Below are positions 11,055-21,686 of a stretch of DNA of 38,116 nt, piece by piece. The stretch comes from Trypethelium eluteriae. Its lineage: Eukaryota. Under the pieces are notes generated by a model that ran no database searches, was not told the origin of the DNA, and saw only the letters and a list, made by a program, of their open reading frames with translations. Location of the stretch: assembly GCA_051942245.1 (NCBI GenBank), contig JAVECL010000189.1, positions 1 to 38,116 on the forward strand. The letters are read 5' to 3'. Made by a program: the position numbers and the translations under genes. Every line of letters starts with the position of its first letter. Position 1 is the first letter of the stretch.

Positions 11055-13813
11055 ATGCCACAGCAATTGAGCTCGAAAGAGCAATCATTGTTCCGTCAGG
11101 TCATCAAATACTATGAGTCAAAGCAGTACAAGAAAGGTCAGCTCCAAATTCAGCTCACTGCAGCCCCGTCTGTCTAACGACTTTGATCAGGTCTTAAAGC
11201 TGCCGAACAGATACTACGAAAGAATCCCAATCATGGCGACACCCAAGCAATGAAATCTCTCATACAAAACTCACAGGGTCAGACCGATGAAGCGTTTGCA
11301 CTAGCCAAACTCGCGCTGAAGAATGACATGAAATCGCACGTCTGCTGGCATGTCTACGGCCTGCTGTGGCGTTCGGTGAAAAATTTCGAGGAAGCGATCA
11401 AAGCATACAAGTTTGCGTTAAAGATAGAATCGGACTCAATCCAGATTCAACGGGATTTGGCACTCCTACAAATACAAATGCGAGACTTTCAGGGCTACAT
11501 ACAAAGCAGAAAAACTATGTTGCAACAGCGTCCGCAGATAAGACAGAATTGGACTGCCCTGGCAGTGGCATACCATCTTGCAGGAGAGCTCCAAGAAGCG
11601 GAAAAAATACTTACGACTTATGAAGACACGTTAAAACAGACCCCACCAAAGTCGGATATCGAACATTCAGAGGCCGTATTATACAAAAACACTATAATCG
11701 CAGAGACGGGGGAATTCCAGCGCGCACTAGATCATCTTGAAGCCATAACGAAGAACAATCTCGATCGGACTGCAGTCATGGAGATGCGAGCAGACTATCT
11801 ACTTCGCTTAGACAAGAAAGAAGAGGCCGCACAAGCGTACAGAGATCTATTGGCAAGGAACAACGAGTACAGAGCTTACTACGATGGTCTCGAGAAATCG
11901 TTGGGCCTTGACAAGTCAGACAAGGGATCTCGGCAAAAATTGAATGAGTTATATGACTCGTACGCGCAACAAGGCGAGCGGATAGACGCTGCTCGACGAA
12001 TACCGCTTGATTTCCTAGACGGTACGAGCGCTCCCAATAACTCCTTGAGGCTTGCTGACTTGCTGTAGGGGACGATTTCCGCAAGGCTGCTGACCGTTAC
12101 CTCCGACGAATGCTTACCAAAGGCGTGCCATCCACTTTCCCAAACATTAAAGCTCTATACAGTAATTCGGAGAAGAAACAGGTCATTCAGGATATTGTCG
12201 AGGGCTATGAGTCCGAGACCGTCGTAAATGGCAGCGCTGAAAAGCAATCCGATGGCGAAACTTCGAAGAATTTCCATCCGTCCGTCTATTATTTCCTTGC
12301 CCAGCATTACGACTATCACATGAGTCGCAATTTAGTCAAAGCACTTGAGTATATTGACAAAGCTATCGAATCGGATCCTTCTGCAGTGTACTATAATATG
12401 ACCAAGGCTCGCATTTGGAAGCACTACGGAAATCTCCAGAAAGCCGCTGAGACAATGAACCATGCCCGGACCCTTGATGAAAGGGATCGCTACATGAACA
12501 CGAAATGTGCCAAATATCAGCTACGCAATGATGAGAACGATAAGGCTATCAACACCATGAGCAAATTCACTAGGAATGAGACTGTGGGTGGTGCGTTGGG
12601 CGACTTACACGACATGCAGTGTATATGGTACCTCACCGAAGACGGTGAGTCATATTTCCGGCAGCGAAAGCTTGGGTTGGCCTTGAAACGCTTCAGAGCT
12701 CTCTACGATATCTTCGAAACCTGGCACGAAGACCAATTCGACTTCCACAGCTTTTCGCTACGAAAGGGACAAATACGAGCGTACATTGACATGGTTCGAT
12801 GGGAGGACGAATTACGGGACCATCCATTCTATACAAGAGCAGCACTTTCTGCCATCCAAGTATATTTACTGTTACATGACAAGCCTGAGATTGCTCATGC
12901 ATCTCTGGCTAATGGGGTACCAGATATGGACGGCATGGACGCAAATGAAAGGAAAAAGGCACTGAAGAAGGCGAAGAAGGACCAAGAAAAGAAAGAGGCT
13001 GAGGCGAAGGAGGTCGAGAAAAAGAATGCTGCGAAAAAAGGCGGAACCGGTGCGGATGGAGAGCCGAAGAAGGAGGATCCTGATCCGACTGGATCCAAAC
13101 TTGTGGAAACGAAGGAGCCGCTCGAAGAGGCGACGAAATTTCTAACACCTCTTCTCGAAATGAGCCCGAAGAATATAAAGGGGCAGAATATTGGCTTTGA
13201 GGTCTACCTGAGAAGAAGTAAGTTTTTGCCCACTGTCACTGGTAGAGATTTATTCACAATTTCCTGCAGAAAAGTACCTCCTTGCTCTGAAGTGTCTTTT
13301 AGCGGCTTCCAGCCTCGATTCAGAAAATCCAAGTCTTCACGAACAAGCCACTCGCTTCCGAATGACGCGTGAGTCTCATTTTTTTTTAAAAAAAAAAAAA
13401 AAAAAGGTCCTAGTCTCTGTTGGGCACTAAGCTGACGGCAATTAGTTTCGTCGCTCTCGGAGCCCCTTCCAGAGCCGATATCTTCCATCATCGAAAAGAA
13501 TTTTACGCTTCTTCCTAAGTCCACAGACCTTGTCGCTCACAATGAAGCCTTCCTCTCCCGACACAAAAATAGCCCACGACACATCCACGCCTATCTCAAG
13601 GTCCGACAACAGCTCGAGCCAAAGTCACAATCCGAGAACGAGAAGCAAATGCAGGCATTACTAAAGTTGGAGAACATTGAGCTTGAAGAGGCAATCGAAG
13701 GATTGTTGCTTCTCGACGCATGGAGCAGTGGAGCAGAGGTCAAAAAAGCGTACGTCGATACGGCAAGAGAGAGATGGCTCGAGGCAAGTTTGTTTCCAGC
13801 TGCCATTATTTAA
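11055..13813 (+). CDS. NAT1: N-terminal acetyltransferase A auxiliary subunit (Nat1/NAA15) (~842 aa)
   Basis: YESKQYKKGLK, SHVCWHVYGLL, LDERDRYMNTKCAKYQLR, DQFDFHSFSLRKG. Introns 11137-11190, 12022-12068, 13218-13269 and 13369-13445 keep frame. Confidence 0.95.
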
Positions 13814-14214
13814 TCATCTCTATACTTGATTCCCCAAAAGTTGGTGGCGCTGTAAATTTCCATTTTCAACCAACACAACCTGATGCCGAGCAGAATCCTT
13901 GACTAGGTAGACATACACAGCAATGTTTGCCCTACTGAATTGAATATTGTATTGACAAAGTGAGGGGAACATTTTTAGTTAGATTGCATACCGGTCTATT
14001 TAGGTGTTGATATCTTAAATGTTTTCGTCGTATTCTGGTCCTGCCATTCTGGAATGGCAGGTTGAGCAAAAGCCAAATCCGAATGGGTAAGAGCTGAGTC
14101 GACATCATCGCTGCCCTCATGATAATCGCTAACGTGAATCGCTTGTCTGCGGCAATTTTCTAGGTTTCCAAAAATGCCGATATAGACAATTGGTACAACT
14201 GTGTCATCCTTCAT

Positions 14215-15910
14215 TCACACACTGATAGATTGGAGTTCTTGATAGACCTATTCGCATGAGTAGACATCGATGAGAAATACCATCCACGTACCATCTTGAT
14301 AAAGCGCGTTCCGATAATCAAACCGTTGTCATTATCCAGATCGCGGCCAAACTGAGGATCCTCCAGACAAGTCAAGCAGGCAAGAACAACATTCGTGTAC
14401 TTCTTCCCCATGTATGCCGGCAGTCTGTCCCTAGCCAGATTCTCAAGACGTAGCTTGGTTTCGCGCGCATGCAGCTCGTGCGGTCTCTCGGGCGTGCTCC
14501 TGGGGTGTACATTAAATACGTCTCCTGGGCGAGCGACCTCGTCTCTGTTATGACGCATTAAAACATATACATAGATACGTCCGTGATTTTATGGTATACT
14601 GAAGTCATACCTTGGAAGGCCACGATCGTCGTCCTCGAACGAATAGTACACAAAGCATTCCCACAGTCCAATTTCCAGGAGACATACTCCAAGACTGTAG
14701 ATGTCATGTTGCATCCTATAGTTCGAGTCGGGGTGTAGACCCTGACGTTTTGGATGGCGATATATCGCCATTGTCCAAGAATCGTCCCCTCTTCTTTGGG
14801 TTTGGTTTTCATTACTTCGGAAAAACTCAAATCCAATTAAGAACGTATTCTTGGTCGATTCGGGTCCATCAAAGATGAGGATTGTCTCAGGCCGTATGTT
14901 CTTATGTACAAAGGAAGCGGCATGCATACAAATTACCGATGTAGTTAGGGATGTAGCCAGAACAAGTCTCGTATTGATTGGAATTGCCTTCAATGGACGT
15001 CTCTGTAGCAACTCTCGCAGTGCGCAAGGCTGACTGAGACCTGGGGGGAATGAAAAGGACAACACAAAGAGCTGGCAGTCGTCTACGTTAACCTCGGCAA
15101 CATGATCGCAAGTAAGAAGGCCTGTCGAAAGTGGATCAAAATTCGATAGTATCGAAGCGAGTTCTTGTATGTCTCTTCTTGCATTTTCAGCGTATTCAGG
15201 AAACTTAGCAGGTACGTAATCCAACACTATCTGCCTTGCAGCATAGTTTTGGGATACTGTTGCTGTTGTAAATCGAATTGGAATATCCATTTCATGGCCG
15301 TTGGACCCGAGCATTTCAGGCTTTTCCATGGTTTTGGATAATAGTCTAAGCCTTGCGTCTTTGAGTCCAGCAACGGTCTCCATAATTTGGCTAGCACCTA
15401 CGGTGTTGTACTCATGAACGGCCATTACGCGCGCGAGGAGATAGAAGGATACAGAATATCTGGCGTACCATTGCTGAATCTCTTCGTGGAATTTTGTGAC
15501 AGCTGGTTTGTACTTAAACGCATATGTCAACTTCTCCCGCGATGAAGGCCTTCCGTTCAGTGCTAGTGTACGAGCCAATTTTGCTGCATTTCTTTCAAGC
15601 TTACTTAAGCCGTCTTCCTGCAATTCGATGAGCTCCGTATTGTCGACTGTATCTTCAATTTTAAGATGCTGAAGGAATTCTAGGTCCTTCCTCAACTTCA
15701 AACATTGGTGGTGGACTCCTTTCAGGAGCATTGGTATCTCTTTACTAGCATTGGTGTAGGCGGCGACTTTGTCTGAGGCTTTCTTCATGAGACTGTGAAT
15801 GCTAGTGAGAAAAGCGTTTCATCTATATTCGGATTGGTGGCAAGCGGCACTTACTCATTGAGGGTTCCAATGCACGTAAAGACAGCGAGACCAAATGAGA
15901 CTGCATCCAT
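14215..15910 (-). CDS. N-terminal helical (HeLo-like) domain plus protein-kinase-like pseudokinase, MLKL-like architecture (~507 aa)
   Basis: Exons 15910-15855, 15792-14611, 14544-14292, 14247-14215 (all GT-AG; 1524 nt, open frame). N-terminus MDAVSFGLAVFTCIG. Kinase-fold motifs HKNIRPETIL, FLIGFEFFR, YRHPKRQ, HDIYSLGVCLLEIG. Ends RFIKMVYQELQSISV*. Confidence 0.8.
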
Positions 15911-16667
15911 CCCCTCGGGTATGCCTGGGCCGCCGGATATGCCTGGGATCAAGTTGCAATTCCCATTCTCACTTTTCGCGATGCAAGGCGACTTTATAAG
16001 TCAGAAGGGAATCTTCGTGATGGCTCGAATGATAGTTAGACCTTCCAGGCTAGGTACGGACAAGATTGATGAGTGTTGGTGGAAAAGGCTGACATGATTT
16101 GCAGGATCTCGACTTAAAAAGCCCTCGTCGGAGTCGCCGGTCCCCTGTCTCTTCAGCATCAGGCAAGCTTGAGGATGCCAAGGCTGATTCGTTCATTGAC
16201 AAGCCTCTTTCGGGACTCTTGGCGCTAGAAGGGTTGCAGAGCCAGAGCAAAATTTACGTATACGATAATACAAGAGAACTTTTAGACGAGATCGTTCAGC
16301 ACGACAAAGCGCATCATTCTCAATTTTGACGAGCTTCTACTGATTAATGACTGCGTACATCGATAACTTGGATCTCGGATGTCGCTTCTATCCTAGACAA
16401 GGTTCGCCATAGCGGCCACTTCCGCCAAAACCTCCACTAGCGTCAAAATTCGCCTCCCTCACCAAATTTACTAGTAAGTCTACAACTTTGATGTTTTTCA
16501 TGTTTTTTATGCTTTATTTACTGCTTAATTTGGAAAACATGAAGCAATCCAACTTGCTGCTGACCTGCTTTATTATTTACACCTTGTCTCTTTTATTTTT
16601 AGAGAGTTGTAGGTACTGTTATGTCTAATTACACCCATGGAAGAACCTCAGTAAAATCAGAGATCCC

Positions 16668-16712
16668 TTAATCTAATCTAAATCTAATCTAATCTGATTA
16701 TAACCCTAATCT
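16668..16712 (+). repeat. Degenerate (TAATC)n microsatellite inside the element
   Basis: ttaatctaatctaaatctaatctaatctgattataaccctaatct. Confidence 0.7.
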
Positions 16713-16721
16713 TTATATAAG

Positions 16722-16835
16722 TCTCACCTCTCTGCGCAGGCCCTACCTCTCTGCGTAGGTCCTACCTCTCTGCGCAGGCCCTACCTATCTGCGCAGACCT
16801 TATCTCTTTACGCAGGCTTAGCCTTGCTGCGTAGG
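16722..16835 (-). repeat. 19-bp minisatellite, 6 units (left arm of foldback)
   Basis: CCCTACCTCTCTGCGCAGG-type units, the reverse complement of the array at 16878-17124. Confidence 0.92.
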
Positions 16836-16877
16836 TCTCACATGTTTAAGTATGTCATGTTATATCAAGATGAAAGA

Positions 16878-17124
16878 TCCACACAGAGAGGCGAGACCTA
16901 TGTAAAGAGGAGAGGCCTACGTAGAGAGGTAAGGCCTGTGTAAAGAGGTGAGACCTGCGTAGAGAGGTAGGGCCTGTGTAAAGAGGTAGGACCTGCGCAG
17001 AGAGGTAGGGCCTGCGCAGAGAGGTGAGACCTGCGCAGAGAGGAGAGACCTACGCAGAGAGGCAGGGCCTGCGCAGAGAGGTAGGGCCTGCGTAAAGAGG
17101 TAGGGCCTGCGCAGAGAGGTGAGA
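16878..17124 (+). repeat. 19-bp minisatellite, 13 units plus a partial unit (right arm of foldback)
   Basis: CCTGCGCAGAGAGGTAGGG / ...GGTGAGA units in a perfect 19-nt register. Confidence 0.95.
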
Positions 17125-18935
17125 CTTACGCAAAGATTAATGCAGAGATCTCTTAGAGTATATTAAACAGCCTCAAATTGTCCTAATTGAGTAATAAGAG
17201 TAGTGAAAATATGTAAAATTGTAAAATTGTAACTTCTTTAGTAAATTTGGTGAGTTGCGTGGATTTTGACGTTGTACGGGGGTTTTGGCGGAAGTGGCCG
17301 TACTGGCGCACCGTCCTAGAGGATGAGCGAGGACGAACTTATTAGTCCACCAGTCACTTTCAATCAACAGAATAATAATGTTTTGATGAGCAAGGCGAGA
17401 TCGGCAGTCTCTAAGATGCTAGATGATTTAATGATATCATGATGACACTTCCGCAGATTATGTCGGAACGGCCTCATTGCTGCTGCAGTGAGGTACCCAA
17501 GGTAGGTACCTAAGTACAGCGGTCACTTTTGAAGTGGGATAGCGCTAGACAGGGATTATATAGCGCATGACTCGATTGGCTCTTAACGATAGCCTTAGTT
17601 CTTGATTGGATAGTCGTCGCTACTGATAATTCTTATGATTGGATCATGTACTGATTACTAAGTCTATGTGTGGGCCAGCAGCAGGGACTGGACAAGGCCA
17701 GCACCAATACCGATTGTTAGTATCCAGCACTCCCTGTCTAGCGCTGTCCCACATCAAAAATGACCGCTGTACCTATCTATCCCTTCTCCTGGTGAGCTGT
17801 TGCGCGCTGACTATGGGATACCAAAATTAAGGTACTCTAAACTAGAGTGAGTATTCTCTCGCGTAGAATTCCACGAATCCATATTGGAGTTTATTGTATG
17901 GTATGTCATTTGAACCATATACCCCAGCTCTATTGAATGTGTTAGGTCATGTACAAGACGGAAGTATTCTCGGTGCTTAGCTTCGAAGTCGACGAGCTCA
18001 CATATAAAGAAGAAAAAGTCCGTGCGTAACAGCCCATAATCCCAGGGGAAGGGATGATCCCGTCTACGCGGACCGCTTCTTACCGAGCGCCGATATGTAC
18101 AATACCTAAACAGTACCTCCTACTTCTCCGGTCTCTCCCGCATCCCACACTGGATAGACGAGCTTACGACATTCGAGGGAGAGATCTGTCCAAGGATTTC
18201 CAGTGAATCAGAGTTGCAGAGAACTCTCAAGAGCCGCGGCCTTTGCGTCGCTGGGTAGTATAAGCCTCTTTCTTATGACTATACACTAATCCATGTCATA
18301 GCCATCTGACGCAATAACTTGTTGTACCTTCTAAGTATAAAACGCATTTCACACCTGCCTGACTCGAGATATTACGAATAACAGACTCAAATCGTGGTTG
18401 CTAGGGGAATGAGGTCTATCTCTACATTTGCCAGGCACAAAACACTTCTGGAAACTCTTTAAACAGTAGAAAGAATGGTGAAGGTGGGTGCAAAGAAATC
18501 CCAGATATTTAAATGATTTAATGCCGTTCTTGCGATCACTGGATGGAGCAATTGCTAGATGGCTGTTCGCCAAGTAGCAGTCCGCTTACCGACAGGACGC
18601 TCCACAATGACATTTATGAGATGAAGACTCTTCCAGAAGGATCAGCGAGCCTCAATAGGACCACTGCTGCCTGGGTTGCTTGAGTGCACTGAGTATATGC
18701 CTAAGCTGCAGCCTTGCAGCTGATCTTCAGTACAGGTGGGGGGGGCTTGACGAGCTGGACGTGCAGAACACGAGATGGAATGGGCTGGAAGCCTTCGCAT
18801 CGGTGGGAGTATGTCGGATAACCTTGCATACAGCCTAGACGAGTCTCTCCAGGCATACCCTCCCATTTTTGGCAACGTCCGTTCTCGTAACATACCTCAT
18901 ACAAAGCACCTTAGCACGGGGTAACGGCTCGGCAA

Positions 18936-19050
18936 GTCTCGCACCGCGCTTTGCTGGCACGCAGGATTTTTTTCCCGCCACCTTTATAGCATGTCTCATA
19001 CCGTGCTTTGCTGGCACGCAGCATTTTGTTTTCCGCTATCTTCACAGCAT
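18936..19050. repeat. Diverged 57/58-bp tandem duplication
   Basis: 18936-18992 and 18993-19050 both start GTCTC, share the core GCTTTGCTGGCACGCAG and end AGCAT. Confidence 0.8.
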
Positions 19051-19476
19051 CTTCCGATAGCGTGGACACAAGGCCGTTTCGTCACCTGATTCCCGTACGA
19101 GCACGGTACACACCTGAATACAACTCTGCTACTCAAATATTGGCCAGAGCCCTACCATATCTTGTCCACTCTAGATCGTACTCAACACTCCTCATCTTCC
19201 CAAGCCTCAGTACACGGCATTCTCAATGAACGAAGTTGAGAGTTTTGCTAGAAAGAGGTTGCGTACCGACAGCGAACGGGGTCCTACCAAGCATAATTTC
19301 CTGTCTACCCCGAGACACTCATTGCAGCCTCGCTCAAGGCATCCTAAGCATCTGGAGGCCCGCACAGTAAGTGCTGCTCGGCAGATAAGCCGCACTCTTA
19401 ATGTATTTGTGGTAGCCACTGACTTTTCCCAGCCCAGGATCAAGTAGCGAGGACTGCTGATACCTGACATTTGACC

Positions 19477-21686
19477 ATGTCCAACACTTCGCTCACCACG
19501 AAAGCAGATCGGTGGCGGGAGTCCCACCCACCTGAATCTGTCAAATGGACAAAAGCTCAACTAGATTCTGAAGGGTTTGATCACGAGTTTGAGGAATCGT
19601 ACGAACCCTTCAACTTCATCAAGGAACTCGGATCAGGCGGCCATTGAAGTGTTGCTGAAGGCAAGTCAAAAGAGACAGGGGTTATTGTCGTTGTAAAAAG
19701 GTTTGATGTGGAACCCAGCAGAGCGGACAACACATTTGCGGCGCTGCGAAAGGAGGTCGACGTTATGCGGAAACTCTCCCATCATCACATTACTCGCTTT
19801 GTGGGCTCCTATACTACCGGCCTGCGATTCCGCATCTTGACGGTACCAGCAGCAATTTGCAACCTCGAGCTTGTTCTTTGCAACTTTCAAAAATCCGAAA
19901 CTCAGAAATCAGATCTCGAGAGAGCGATAGGCAAACCGCATTGGCCTATACAGCGTTTTCTGCCTTCTTGCATGGGATGTCTTGCACACGCCCTGCAGTA
20001 CATGCACAACATGGCCATACCTCACGTACGGCACAAGGACATAAAGCCTGCCAATATACTCTTCAATGGCAACATAGTCCAGTTCTGTGATTTTGGCATT
20101 TCTAAAACATTCACCACCGAACAATCTGGGTCGACTGGATACTCTCCCAAGACGATAAGGGTAAGTAAGACTCAGATACGCTACTTTTGGTACTAATGAG
20201 TATAGTATGCACCATCTGAAGTACTAGAAGATGACAAACATCAAGGTCGCCCTCAAGACATCTTCTCACTAGCTTTGGTCTTCCTTGAGATTTTTGCGAT
20301 ATACAAGGGGAGTCCCATCCAAGAAATTCGGGACCTGGCCAAGGAGAAGTATGCCGACAATATACCTGGTTTACTTGATTGGGTGTGGAACCACTGTGTT
20401 GAACGATGCGATATCCAGCTGTATGAGCTCTTGCGCCGCATGCTTGATCATGTACCAGACAATCGACCTACAGTGACCCAAGTTTGGGAGAGTATCGTCA
20501 CCTTTGCAACGCAAGATCGCGTGTATTTTTGCGGCTCTTGCTGTATGCCGTTGGTCCTTGCTACCAGGACCGAAGAGCAGGACAAGGAAGAGAGTCCATA
20601 CCCCCTTGATTATCGCCGTGAAGCAGGCACAAACAAGAGATATGGCAAAGATGCCGACTTTGAAGTAAAGTTTATGAAAGGCGAGAGGCCAAATTTTAGA
20701 TGGGTGCGTTGTCTTCGACTTACAAAAATGTCTATCTCAGATGAAGTGTACGACGATACCCCTACGACTCTTTGCCGAAAGCGGATCTTCCCTCCACCAG
20801 ATTCGAACAACGATGCAGACGAAGCGTGCGAGGCGTGGGAATCGGCAAAGAATGAGGCCCGCATAGTCCGCAAGTTCAAGCACGCCCACATTTTGAAGCT
20901 TGACGGCACATATTAACATGATAACTGTTATGCTTTACTCCTCACGCCGGCAGCTACCTTCGAATGGCAGTACTTCCTGCGGCTCGCGTCGATAGAACCG
21001 GAGAAAAGAACAATGAGTCCCGGGGATGTGTCAACGACTTTGCGCGAAGCCTTCGGCTGTTTGGCATCTGCAGTTATGCATGTTCACGAGAATCAGCTCG
21101 TCCACGGCGATATCAGTTCATCAAGTATATTTATCAAAGATGGCTTGGTTTATCTTGGACACTTTGGACAAATGGTTCTAGAACAGAGAAGAAAAAAAAT
21201 GCAGGGCACCCATTATCACATGGAAGATGACGATGATAAATATGTTCGCAAGGTCAGTAGTATTCAACATCGTGCGCATCTTCATCTGTCACGGCTCAGA
21301 ACCGGTACGCACCTCAAGAAAACACTGTCGCCCCTGCACATCTTCATACACCCGCAGACGACATATATTCTCTTGGGTGCGTGTATCTCGAGATGCAGAC
21401 TGTTCGGCAAGGGAGAACAGTCATAGAGATGGAGAAATTCCTCTCCTCTGGGCCTTGGAAGAATATTGAGTCTAAGTTGAATGATTGGACTAAAGAACTT
21501 GAGCGTGGAGACTGTCTGGTGCTACCAAGTAATAAATTTTGGCAATGTTTGAGGATGATGTTAGCCGCCGAAAAACATCTGAGACCAACGGCGCAACACG
21601 TTCACGAGGTAATGAACGAATGCAAAACAGCAGGGAACGACCTTTTCTACTGTACGTTTTGCAGCAGTAGTCAGCGCAGACCATGA
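19477..21686 (+). pseudogene. Tandem kinase-pseudokinase gene with two in-frame stops (~705 codons)
   Basis: One frame across introns 20161-20205 and 21253-21299. Domain 1: GSGGH*SV, VVVK, KEVD, HKDIKPAN, DFG, YAPSE, DIFSL. Domain 2: LCRK, NEARI, HGDISSSS, GHFG, YAPQE, DIYSLG. Stops are TGA 19645-19647 and TAA 20914-20916. Confidence 0.85.

Larger units (their letters stand above)
16398..17315. mobile_element. Non-autonomous TIR/foldback DNA transposon (MITE-like), no coding capacity
   Basis: Imperfect ~76-bp TIRs with perfect blocks CGGCCACTTCCGCCAAAACC (16413-16432 vs 17281-17300) and CTCACCAAATTTACTA (16458-16473 vs 17239-17254). Direct repeat TCCTAGA at 16391-16397 and 17314-17320. AT-rich interior. 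Confidence 0.85.

Noticed and set aside
13996..14214. 72-aa ORF downstream of the MLKL-like gene as a possible amyloid/prion-forming motif
   Set aside because: No recognisable HET-s PFD, PP/RHIM or sigma-type pattern, and the upstream gene ends naturally at 14215.
14545..14610. Apparent in-frame TAA suggesting the MLKL-like gene is a pseudogene
   Set aside because: The stop lies inside a 66-nt GTATGA...ACAG intron, and the spliced frame is open.
16700..16712. TAACCCTAA telomere-like word
   Set aside because: Only about 1.5 units, embedded in a (TAATC)n tract; insufficient.
16722..17124. CRISPR-like array
   Set aside because: Units are contiguous with no unique spacers, there are no cas genes and the context is eukaryotic; it is a minisatellite.
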